Positions 28,711-38,900 of a DNA stretch of 64,000 nucleotides are shown here, piece after piece. Location of the stretch: positions 1 to 64,000 of the IMG/VR virus record IMGVR_UViG_3300032242_003291. The stretch is one strand, 5' to 3'. The notes beneath the pieces are model-generated. The model saw only the letters and a program-made list of their open reading frames with translations. It did no database searches and was not told the origin of the DNA. The translations under genes were made by a program, and so were the position numbers. Position 1 is the first letter of the stretch; each line of letters begins with the position of its first letter.

Positions 28711-29693
28711 AATTTTCGTTTTTCTTTTCTTGTTAATTTCATAAAAGGTTTGAGGAAGTTTACCCAAGCATTGTCGTCCTTAGGTAGATACTTAAAGAGA
28801 CCATCTTCCATCATCATTCTCATTAAGTTTTTATAACCCCTATCGGTGGGGTCAATTGTATCAGTGTGAATTTGTTCGACTAGGGTTTTTCCATCGTCAG
28901 TGATTAATGGGTTTGTAAGGTCAACAATTTTTTTGTTTGTAATATAAAACTCTTCTCCAAGTATAGATGATTTAGTCTTACCAGTCAAAAGATTTACTAA
29001 TGTTTTAATAGGTTTCTTTTGCGGGATATTTCGTGCAATATCGAGTAATTCTTCGACAGTGCATGGTTTTTCCTGCACTTGTGGGAAGTATTTTATTAAA
29101 GTCTTTTCACCAAGTCCTTCAATACCATCTATGTTGTCTGATTTATCTCCTGTGAATATCTTACAAAGTAATACGTTGTAATGAGGTATATTTACCTTAT
29201 TAATGATGATATTATCCCCATTGCCGAAGTATTGCTTTGAGATGGGTGAATACACGCTGACGTTCTCGTTAATCAACTGAGTGAGGTCCTTATCAGCTGA
29301 GAAGATGATTATTATTTCATCAGTAGCAACTTTACAATAATACGCAATAAGGTCATCTGCCTCATTATCAATCATTTCAACTTGTCTTACAAAAATTTCC
29401 TCAAGGTATTGTTTGACTCTTGCTTGTTGATTTAGATATGACTCATACTTGTACTCGTTCATATCTTGGCGTCTATTTGCCTTATATTGTGGGTAAATTG
29501 ATTTACGAATGGAGGAATTGGAATCCCAGAATACAACCACTTTATCGTGGTCATGTTCCTCCAAGAATTTTCTAAGAATGTTTATAAAGTGATAGATTCC
29601 ACCTAAATGGTCTCCATCACTATATAAATCTCTTACACCGTGAAATCCTATTTTAAATAAATTGTTTCCGTCTACTAAAAGTGTTTTAGTCAC
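28707..29693 (-). CDS. 5'-3' exonuclease / flap endonuclease (T4 RNase H, PolA N-terminal-like), 328 aa
   Basis: LLVDGNN, YKANR, EADDLIA, SADKDL, GDKSDNIDGIEGLGEKT (H3TH) motifs. Confidence 0.9.
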   Translation of the reverse strand: MTKTLLVDGNNLFKIGFHGVRDLYSDGDHLGGIYHFINILRKFLEEHDHDKVVVFWDSNSSIRKSIYPQYKANRRQDMNEYKYESYLNQQARVKQYLEEIFVRQVEMIDNEADDLIAYYCKVATDEIIIIFSADKDLTQLINENVSVYSPISKQYFGNGDNIIINKVNIPHYNVLLCKIFTGDKSDNIDGIEGLGEKTLIKYFPQVQEKPCTVEELLDIARNIPQKKPIKTLVNLLTGKTKSSILGEEFYITNKKIVDLTNPLITDDGKTLVEQIHTDTIDPTDRGYKNLMRMMMEDGLFKYLPKDDNAWVNFLKPFMKLTRKEKRKL

Positions 29694-29725
29694 TTTGTTA
29701 AATTAGAGGTGATAAAAATTGTTTC

Positions 29726-30709
29726 TTATTCGCTGATATCGTCAGTTGTTTCTTCTAAGGTTAACTCACCAGTACCTGATAAGATACCATTCCAATATTG
29801 TGAATACTCTTTCTTATAAGCTTCTAATGCTTCTTTAGTATCCTCAATATATCCTTGTGGTACCGCAATTAACTTTCCATCATTATATCCTAAACCATTT
29901 ACGTGGTTCTTTAAAATTGATATTTTAGTTCTGATTGCATATCTAACAGTTCTTCCCCCTTTAGTTGCTGTGATGTGGTTGATACCCGCACTTGCCTGAT
30001 TACCAAATAAGAATACTAATGAAGACGCTAACCATAACGCCTCTCCACCTTTTGCTTTGATTGTCGGTTGTCCAAACGGATTGTCAGGGAGAGCAACCCA
30101 AGGTTGATTAACGACAACTAATGTGTTGTAGTAAGAATAATCTTCTTTCTTTGATTTAGAAATTCTTGAATGAATACCCATACCAATCTTATCTGCGAGA
30201 GTTGCTGCATTATGTTGTTTACCACCTTTACCATCAAAGGTCATCTTACAAGGGATTGAACCTACTGAATCCCAAAGGAATAAAATAGATTGTTGTATAT
30301 CACCCTTTTCTTGAGCATCTAATACTTCGTTCATGAAGTCAGTTACTTGCTCGATATAGTCAAAACTATCGTTGAAAATAAAATCTCCGTCCCATTCTCC
30401 GTCAGAATTCTTTTTAGCATCTAATCCTAACTCAACAGCATGTTCCCAACTCCACTTTTTTTCAGTGATAATGAAGACAGGTAAATGACCTTTCTTTTGA
30501 GCATCAGCCGCTGCTAATATCATAGCTGTTGTTTTAGAACTATTACTATGTCCTAAGAACATATTAATACCACCCATAACAGGACCTGGTAATCCACTGG
30601 CATTTAAGAAAGCATCACCACAAAAGTAGTAAGCAGTTTCTTTGTATTTTGTTTTGGTTGAGAACTTATCCTTAAATCCTCCACTTTCTTTTTTCTTAAT
30701 TCCCGCCAT
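29726..30709 (-). CDS. recA: RecA/UvsX-like recombinase, 327 aa
   Basis: Variant Walker A GHSNSSKTT, Walker B LFLWDSVG, VVNQ and KGGEAL motifs. Confidence 0.8.
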   Translation of the reverse strand: MAGIKKKESGGFKDKFSTKTKYKETAYYFCGDAFLNASGLPGPVMGGINMFLGHSNSSKTTAMILAAADAQKKGHLPVFIITEKKWSWEHAVELGLDAKKNSDGEWDGDFIFNDSFDYIEQVTDFMNEVLDAQEKGDIQQSILFLWDSVGSIPCKMTFDGKGGKQHNAATLADKIGMGIHSRISKSKKEDYSYYNTLVVVNQPWVALPDNPFGQPTIKAKGGEALWLASSLVFLFGNQASAGINHITATKGGRTVRYAIRTKISILKNHVNGLGYNDGKLIAVPQGYIEDTKEALEAYKKEYSQYWNGILSGTGELTLEETTDDISE

Positions 30710-31001
30710 CTTCTATTCTTTTAATGCTTGGTAATTTATTTGTTTTGTTTCGGTTGTAGAATATTTTATCCTCTTCATAAAGTTCACCTATTTCATCTTC
30801 ATGGAATGTTATTAGTTTAATAGTTGACTCACCTTCATCACCTTGATAACCTTCTTCTCTTAACATACCGAATAAAACGGTATCACCAATTTGTTTAGGT
30901 CTACCTGAGAAGTATCCTTTATCCTTTAACTGACTCAATATCTCGTAAGATATCATCTTATTGTCTCTTAGTTGTAAGTCAATCTCTTCTTTGAATGTCA
31001 T
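30696..31001 (-). CDS. Hypothetical protein (~101 aa)
   Basis: Start revised to ATG 31001 because the longer start runs through the terminator hairpin. Confidence 0.5.
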   Translation of the reverse strand: MTFKEEIDLQLRDNKMISYEILSQLKDKGYFSGRPKQIGDTVLFGMLREEGYQGDEGESTIKLITFHEDEIGELYEEDKIFYNRNKTNKLPSIKRIEDGGN

Positions 31002-31011
31002 ATTATAGATT

Positions 31012-31039
31012 AAAAAAGGGTGAAGTTTTATCTCCACCC
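31012..31039 (-). terminator. Rho-independent terminator after SSB
   Basis: GGGTGGAG-ATAAAA-CTTCACCC-TTTTTT on the minus strand (one G-U pair). Confidence 0.75.
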
Positions 31040-31046
31040 GTATAAT

Positions 31047-31907
31047 TTAGAATGGTAAATCTGAGTCCACATCAGCATCTGCTTGTGGGTCAACCACTTT
31101 AGATGGTGTTGATTTTTTAGTTCCACCAAAACTTTCTTCGGATACAGTTTCATCTCCGTAAACATATCCACCTTTTTCATTATCCCATTTTGGAGTTTCT
31201 CCTCTTGCGATAGCTTCAAGATATTCTACAGGTTTTTTACTATATACATCATTCCATGTTAACTCATCGTTAATCCATGCGTTTGCTTGTTCTTTTTCTT
31301 CGTGAACAGGACCTTGGTCTTCATACATAATTGTAGATACACTTGTGTACTCTTTACCCGCAGGTGTTTTAGATTTTGTTAACTCGATGATTAAGTCACG
31401 TCCTTTTTCAGGGTCAGTGATATCACCTTTGTTTCTCCAAATAGGAATGATTTTATCTAAGATACCATCATTCTTATAGTTGTGTTTGAATCTCCAAAAC
31501 TTTGGACCATCTTCTTCGTGGTCTCTGTCGATTACTTTTACAATATAGAACTTACGAGACTTATATTGTTTCGCCAATTCTTTATCAGATTCTTTACCAG
31601 TTGACATCAACTCTTCATAAACCTCATTCAAAGGTGAACGTTCGTTGTTATTCTTAGCTGGGTCATAGAACTTTTGCCATTGTCCACCTACTTGAATTTC
31701 GTGGTACCAAGCCTCTTTAAAAGGTGATGAACCATCTGTTGTTGGTAGGATTCTAATTCTTCTTTGACCTGATTTCTCTTTATCCCCAAGGATTAAAGCG
31801 AAATACTTTTTCATTCTTTCGTCTTGCGACATTTTACTTTGGGCCCCGCCCGATGCGCTTTGTGATTTCTCATACTGTGCCAATACGGCGTCTAATACGT
31901 TACTCAT
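31047..31907 (-). CDS. Single-stranded DNA-binding protein, T4 gp32-like, 286 aa
   Basis: RIRILP, YIVKVIDRD, PKFWRF, DITDPEKGRDLII motifs; acidic tail ending DSDLPF. Confidence 0.85.
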   Translation of the reverse strand: MSNVLDAVLAQYEKSQSASGGAQSKMSQDERMKKYFALILGDKEKSGQRRIRILPTTDGSSPFKEAWYHEIQVGGQWQKFYDPAKNNNERSPLNEVYEELMSTGKESDKELAKQYKSRKFYIVKVIDRDHEEDGPKFWRFKHNYKNDGILDKIIPIWRNKGDITDPEKGRDLIIELTKSKTPAGKEYTSVSTIMYEDQGPVHEEKEQANAWINDELTWNDVYSKKPVEYLEAIARGETPKWDNEKGGYVYGDETVSEESFGGTKKSTPSKVVDPQADADVDSDLPF

Positions 31908-31940
31908 GTTGTTAAAATTAAATTATTAAATTGTTTATAA

Positions 31941-31970
31941 AATATAGTAATAAATAAGGCGTATGTCAAA
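31941..31970 (-). promoter_or_regulatory. Host-RNAP-type (early/middle) promoter for the replication block
   Basis: TTGACA-N17-TATATT, also readable as Bacteroidota TTTG-N20-TATATTTT; 34 nt upstream of the SSB ATG. Confidence 0.6.
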
Positions 31971-31971
31971 T

Positions 31972-31999
31972 AAAAAAGGTCATCTTTCGATGACCTTTT
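31972..31999 (-). terminator. Rho-independent terminator ending the tail-module transcript
   Basis: AAAAGGTCATC-GAAA-GATGACCTTTTTT: perfect stem, GNRA tetraloop, U-tract. Confidence 0.85.
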
Positions 32000-32007
32000 A
32001 TTTATTT

Positions 32008-32703
32008 TTAACGTTTGAATTCGTCGTTGTACTTGTCTCCACCTCCTGGTTGAAACGAGTTTTTAATATCATTAACATTAATATCTTTAACATCATCTGT
32101 TGTTAAAATATAATTATGTTTTCCTGTTTTTTCCATGTCTTCTTGTTTATCATCAAAGAATTGTGATAACTTTTGGTTGAATGGGTATGAATCTAAACTT
32201 CTCAATTCTAATTTTTCTTGTGGTGTTTTTTCTCTATATTTTTCAATCTTGTTTTCAAGAGCATTTAACTTGTTCATAATTGAATCCATCTCACCTAATT
32301 TAGATTCAAGATTTTGAATTTGACCAAATAGATTTTCAAAATATTCATTTTGTTTTTTCTCAATGTTCTTTTGCGAATCAACTAAATCAGTGATATCTAA
32401 AGTTTCAGTTCCTTCGTCATCACCATCACCTTTATCTTCTGGTTTCCCTTTATCGTCAACCTTTTCAACATCTGGGTCATTGTCCACATCAATTTTTTGT
32501 GGACCCGCATCAGGTGCTATTGCTTCTGGCGGTGCTGGCGGTAATGCCTCAGCTGGTGGTGGCGGTGCTCCCGCTCCTTCTCCACCTTCAGGTGCCAAAG
32601 CTCCCAAATCAGGAGGTGGTGGTGCTGCCGCTTGTTCTAAGATATAGTTGTTAATATTTCTATATCTTTCAATCTCACTAATAATTTTTTTATCTAAACT
32701 CAT
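32008..32703 (-). CDS. Hypothetical acidic/Pro-rich coiled-coil protein (possible head-internal/scaffold), 231 aa
   Basis: PPPPP/EAA low-complexity linker, acidic stretch and C-terminal coiled coil. Confidence 0.55.
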   Translation of the reverse strand: MSLDKKIISEIERYRNINNYILEQAAAPPPPDLGALAPEGGEGAGAPPPPAEALPPAPPEAIAPDAGPQKIDVDNDPDVEKVDDKGKPEDKGDGDDEGTETLDITDLVDSQKNIEKKQNEYFENLFGQIQNLESKLGEMDSIMNKLNALENKIEKYREKTPQEKLELRSLDSYPFNQKLSQFFDDKQEDMEKTGKHNYILTTDDVKDINVNDIKNSFQPGGGDKYNDEFKR

Positions 32704-32707
32704 TTTG

Positions 32708-32932
32708 TTATCCGTTTAATAAAGTCTTAACTCCTCTCGCAGTTTCAACTCTAACTCTTTTATTTATTGTTGTTTGATGACCAGCTCTTTCGATTAGACC
32801 ATCTCTTTCTCTTACAGTATAACAATCGCCTGTATCCAAGTCACAAACTTGTTTAGTTCCATCTCCATTATCTTCCTCAGAATATCTAACTGATTTTCCA
32901 AGGTAATTGTTTAATGATGCTCTTAAATCCAT
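32708..32932 (-). CDS. Hypothetical protein, 74 aa
   Basis: Own TATTTATA at 32947-32954; fills the gap between structural genes. Confidence 0.6.
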   Translation of the reverse strand: MDLRASLNNYLGKSVRYSEEDNGDGTKQVCDLDTGDCYTVRERDGLIERAGHQTTINKRVRVETARGVKTLLNG

Positions 32933-32964
32933 AAAAAATCTTTTATTATAAATATATTGTTATG

Positions 32965-35900
32965 TTATAAAGTGAAAGGTGGACTATATACAGTTTGCTT
33001 TAATACTTCTCCACCGTTTGGTGATGTAAGTCCATAAGGATAGTACTCCACTGATATCTTAAATGTTCCAACGGAATTAACATTACCAAGATAAGTATAC
33101 TTTGTATCTATCCCTCCAACCATACCAGACCCTGGTACTGGATATCCATCTTTATCAACGAATAGTTTATACCCATAATTTGCTTCATTGAATGTTGGGG
33201 CATTAAACTTAAAGGTAATATATCCTCCTGCAGGTTTTTTTACATTGAAATACTCCCATCCATTTCCTTGTAAATTAGGACTTTCACCGTATAACGTTAT
33301 TGACAATGGTTGTTCTGCAAATGTTTTTGATGCGGTAGTAGCTGGTGATGTTGTTGTAGTTGTTGTACTTCCATCACTATAATTAAAGTTAAATGATTGA
33401 ACAGTTGGTTGTGGGTGTTTAACTTTATCCTCAGCATTTGCAAGAACATTGAATTGAACTGTAACCATTTGACTTGGTTTAATTGGTGTCGTTTTGAATG
33501 GTTCACTCGTTGTTAATATTGTTGTAATATCATCACGTGTTATTGTAAACGTATTATTATTTACATAATCACTCTTTTTCATCGTTACTTGAACATTCAA
33601 TCTTTGTGTCGTGTTGTTGTTACTTGTTATAACTTCAAACACAGATATATTCATTTCAACACTCTTATCAAGAACCCAAACACCAGCATCGGGATTAACA
33701 TTTACCGTTAATTTATTAGTTATCTTACCACCAACTGAAGTTTCTGATTTGGACAATAATGTCACAGGTCCTGTATTTTGTGGATTGGTATTTGTGTTAT
33801 TTGAGTTTGGTGCTGTAGTACTAGATTGATTATTTCCAGCATATCCACCTGGTGATGAAGCTGCAGATGCAACATAAGCTGGGTCGTACTTGAATACTGT
33901 ATCAACCGAACCATTACCATATGGACTTTTGGCTATTATTTTACAGTTTGTTAAAACTTGACCAGTACTTATTTGTGGTAAGGTAAATCTTAACGTTTCA
34001 TCATTCAAATGGGTAATATCTTTAGCTAAAACTGTTGCTAATACTTGTTGTTCATTTGTTGGATTAACAATGAGAATATCTGTAACAATTGCTAAGTTTC
34101 TACCATTTATTTGAACTATTGTACCCATATTACCTGTTATTGGTGAGAACGATGTAACCAATGGTGGTGGACAAGTGTTTCCCGCTAATGGTGCTTTTAA
34201 TGTTGGCGTTTGTGTCACTCCTGGTTGTTTTATTTTATCTTCCTGTATTTTTATTTGCGCCTTTAATTGATTACCTGTATCTGGTAGAATAATTTTAACT
34301 GTCACACACGAATCCAATCCTTTATTAATTGTTTGTCTCACAGATGCAAAGTCGTCTTTATGTGATTGATAATAATCAACGCTAACATTTTCTTTAGGCC
34401 AGTTACAAACATAATACTGTGGTAAACCATCTTTTAATATTCTTGAAACATTAGGTCTAAGTCTTGCCGCCATGAACTGTATATAATCTTTTACATCCGC
34501 GAATGCAACCAAAGGTTCTGATTTCCCTGGCGTAGAAGCGGATGTTTTTATATTAACACAAGAATAAGCCTTAGTAAATTTATCTGTTGTTGGGGACCAA
34601 TTCCAATATAATGAAATTCCACCAAAATTATAATTGTATCCTTTGAACTTACCGTGATTGTTACTATCGTTTTGATATGTTGTAATATATGATATTACGT
34701 AGATAATTGCTTGTAGGCTTTCTTCATTAGGTATTTCACTTTTCAACGCTTTTGCAAACTCAAGTTCAGTTAGTGACTTCAACACTGGAGTTATGTTTTG
34801 ATAATTAGTGTATACAGCAGTATCAACATTACTTACACAACTATTTGGTGTATCAGGTGTATTATTAGCCTTTTGAACTACGTTAGCGGCCTTCTGAACA
34901 TTTGTAATTGGTGTAACAGTTGGAGTATCTTTTTTAACTTTTAAGATTGCTTGTAAGTTAGTTAATAAATTTTGATTGATACTTTGTAAGAAATTATCTA
35001 TTGATGGTAAATCATAAATCCCTTGTCTGACACCTGTAAATGTTGTTTGGAAATTTCCTGGCGTTATGTGATGTTGTACATCTAAAATCATATAAGGACC
35101 GTTGAACATTGGTACATGTCTCAGGTTGAAATACATAGATGGTTGTAATAATGCATTACCCAAACAAGTCACCGTAGCTTTATAACTTCTCTGTTTATAT
35201 AAGTTGAATAAACTTACATTTTGAGTGGCAACATTTCTACCTGTGGCATTGTTTACCATAGTCAATTGAGTATTAATTGTTTCAGATGTTGCAACCCCAT
35301 TATCTTGTGAAACACTAAATGAATAAAATATGTTTTGGTTTCTTATACCCAAATCAATATTAAATCCAACACATCTGTTTGACAGAGCCCAATCTTTTTT
35401 GTTTTGTTGATTTTCAATTAATGGGTTTTCTGATGCTCTTCTCATTTCAAAAGCATCATCTCTATATCTAAAATTCCCTTTAGGTAAATCCAAATATTGT
35501 GAAGGTTTTCCCGCATAGAAACAAACCATCTTTGGACCTGAGTTTCTATAATCAACATCCAAGAATGTTCCCCACATACTATTGGCAAATTGTAAAGAAC
35601 CTTCAGGTTGAGGTATTGTGGTTCCATCAACGTCTTGTATGTTATAAAAGTTAACGTAACCTGGTAAGTTCATTACCACGAAATTATTCTTAATTAAGAT
35701 ACCACTTACAAAAGTAAAAACACTCATCACTTGATTTAGAGAGTTTTCAGAGAACATATTTTGTAAATCAAATATGTCTATTAAAATTGTGTCTCCAATA
35801 TTTCTTGAGGCTCTATCCAAAAACAACATGTCTTCGAATAAAGTTTTTGTCTTAAAATCATCTCCTGATATCCATTTGTCATTAAGTGCTTTGAACACCT

Positions 35901-38900
35901 CATAAATTTCAGATTTACTTTGGTCACCACTTACAGCACTTGATATAACTTTCGCAGGTAGCTGTTGTTGATTTGGTAATTTTAATCTAACTCCCGCCAA
36001 CACTAAATTCAAGAAATTATTTTGTAGTTCAGTTTCAGAATTCAAATATAGTCTAAGTTGATTTTTGAATTGTGCAGCACTTAATTGTGGTGATTCTAGT
36101 TTTCTAGCTGCATACATTTTAATTAACGGTGCCAATATAACAACGTTATTTACACTAAATTCAATATCATTATCAACAAAAAAGTCAGTGATGTACGAAC
36201 CTGTAGAACTGTATGTCACACCACTTATTGTTGAGAACCCTACTTCAGTTTCTAAGGCAAACCACGCGTCGGGATAGTTAATTTTAGATTGGCTTAACAA
36301 AACATTTCCACCTTTTGTGGGTAAACTACCAACAACATAATGTTTGAAAACAATTGGGTCAGTTATTACAGGAGTACCCAAATAAGATAAGTAAGAATCA
36401 AATACTCTTCTTTTGTATTTTGATGGATTACCATTCTTAAATAAAATGTCATACTGTAAAAATGCGGTCAACTCATTTTTCACAAATTCATTTTGTGTGT
36501 TAATTGTATTTTGGAAAAATTCTAAATCTCCTTGTCCACTTGGAGGTGCTGGTACAGTCATTATACTTCTTAATAACGATTGGAAGTTTCTGAAGTTAGC
36601 ATTTGGATTTGTAGTCGATGTATTGTACTGAGCACTATCTTGAGTTGTATCCGCGTTTGTTATTGGTTTACAGAAATTCAAAAACTCTTGTTCAAATTTA
36701 TCCAAATCTCTTTTTTCAAAAACTCCAAAGATATCTTCTATCTTAGAGTAATCATCAGTAGTCAATAACTTGAATGGTGATTGGTCTGTTGTTTTAGGGT
36801 CAATATGGTTAATGTATTCATATGGTGTTGGCATAACAATTTGATTATTATCAAAATAACCAAAGTTTGGTGTTGACCAAATGGTTCTCACAGAACCGTT
36901 ATACATACTTGTATTGTTAGTCAAGTTCACAACCGTTTGTGGTGCTGAGGTTACATTGATAACACATTCATCTATTGTTTGATTTATTTGAGAACCAAAT
37001 GATGGAACAATAAAATATTTGTTACCTTTTGTATTTGTTTTCGGGTCGCAATTTGAAGTAATTAACTCTGTGTCAGGTAATAGTACTGACCAAGTTTTTA
37101 ATATCAAATTTTTAGAATCTTGTTTCAACCCATTGATTTTTGAATCAGGGAAACTAAATATTTTTACTCCCGAATCAATACTTTTTTGGATGTCTGAATT
37201 ATTATATCCTGTGTATAATTCATATCGATTGAAGAACACGTTAAAGTCGTTCATCAGTTGTGGGTAAAATCCTGTATTGATTGTTATAATATCATTACTT
37301 TCTTGTTGGAGAACAATACTTTCCTTTTGACCTTGATAAACAAAATCATAGGTTTGAGTTGTTGAACTAAGAACAGGACTATAATTTACAGTATATTCAA
37401 AGTTTTTCCAAACATTCGTTAATATATCTACACCAGACTCTTTGTATTTTTTATATCTATACCAAATAGAACCTAACTTAATCATCCAAGCGTATGGTAT
37501 TTTATGAATGGCTCCAAACTTGTTAAAACAAGAAGATATAAAATCTAATTCGGACATTGTTGTTCCATCCAAATTTTTATATCTTTCACTCAAAGAAGCT
37601 AATGGTAAAGAATTCAAAAACAAATAAGCTGCTTGTACAAATGGATACGGTGAATTACTTCTAATTCCTTGTACACCAACTTGAATTGAATTTACAAAGT
37701 ATGGTGTATTCAATAAAGAAGTAGTTTTTGTATAAGGTAATCCCCCCGTCAACAAAGTTGCTATTGATGCTGTTGGCTGATTGTGTACTGGCGATACGTA
37801 ATTGCAATTACCTTCCGTTAGTGCAAAATTATTTGGTGTTCTCAATGTATAAAAAGCAGTTAAGCCATAACCATTCTTTACATTTGTTAGTGCATCTATT
37901 GTTGGGTTAGCGTAGTTAGTGTACGAGAAGTTTGTGACAGGTCTGTTATAAGTAAAATTATAAACATCATTAAAATTTGAAATTATCTTTCTTGGTTCAA
38001 AAACCGTTAAAGATTTTTTTGTACTATAAACTTCGTTGTTTTGAGTTTTTCCCCCATCAGGTAAGTTATTCAAACACCAATTTGGGTCCGAAAATGGTAA
38101 TACATCAACAATTAATTTATCGTTGGTCGCAACTGCAATTAAATTTTTCAAAGCTGCTGAGTCTGTGTGCATCTGTGGTATTTGACCTAATTCAAGTGTA
38201 CTAAGGATTGCTGTTGGATTTTCTGTTATTGTTCTGATATATGGTGTGACAAAGAAATCTCTTATAAAGTCTTGGTAGGATTTACCTGTACCTCCGTTTG
38301 AAAAATTTTCAAGATTTTGTATATAATTCTGTGCATTCAAATCATAGTTTTTTAGTTTCAAACTAAGATATGGTGCACTAATATTAATACTATCGTAAAT
38401 GTTATTAACCTCAGCTTCCGTGTTCAACTTAATCAAATCATTTATTTGATTTGAGTTGGCTCTAATCAATCCTGAATAATGAGATGTTAGAAATTGTCTT
38501 TCCCAAATTTCATAAAAGAATTTTAATTCTTCTTTATTCAGATATGTTAATCCTGCAGACGGGAACTCGATTGCATTAATATTAATATTATTAGTATAAT
38601 TTTGATTTTGTAACGTATCGGGTACTTCAGGGGCGTTGAATTTTTTTGTAAGACCTTTCAAATATTCCTCGACAAACTCAACCTCAGGCCATTTATCATA
38701 TAGATAACCTTGTGTTAAATCTGAAACTGAAGGGTCTCCGATATATTTCAATTGAAATCTACCTTTTTTATCTTCAGGTGTTTCAACAAAAAATTGAGGC
38801 CATGGATAAATTGGAATTTGAGAATAATCATAGTTTGAATTATCTGATAATGATTGTGGTGTAACTGGAAGGTTATCTCTACTATCTGAACTTTGTGCCG

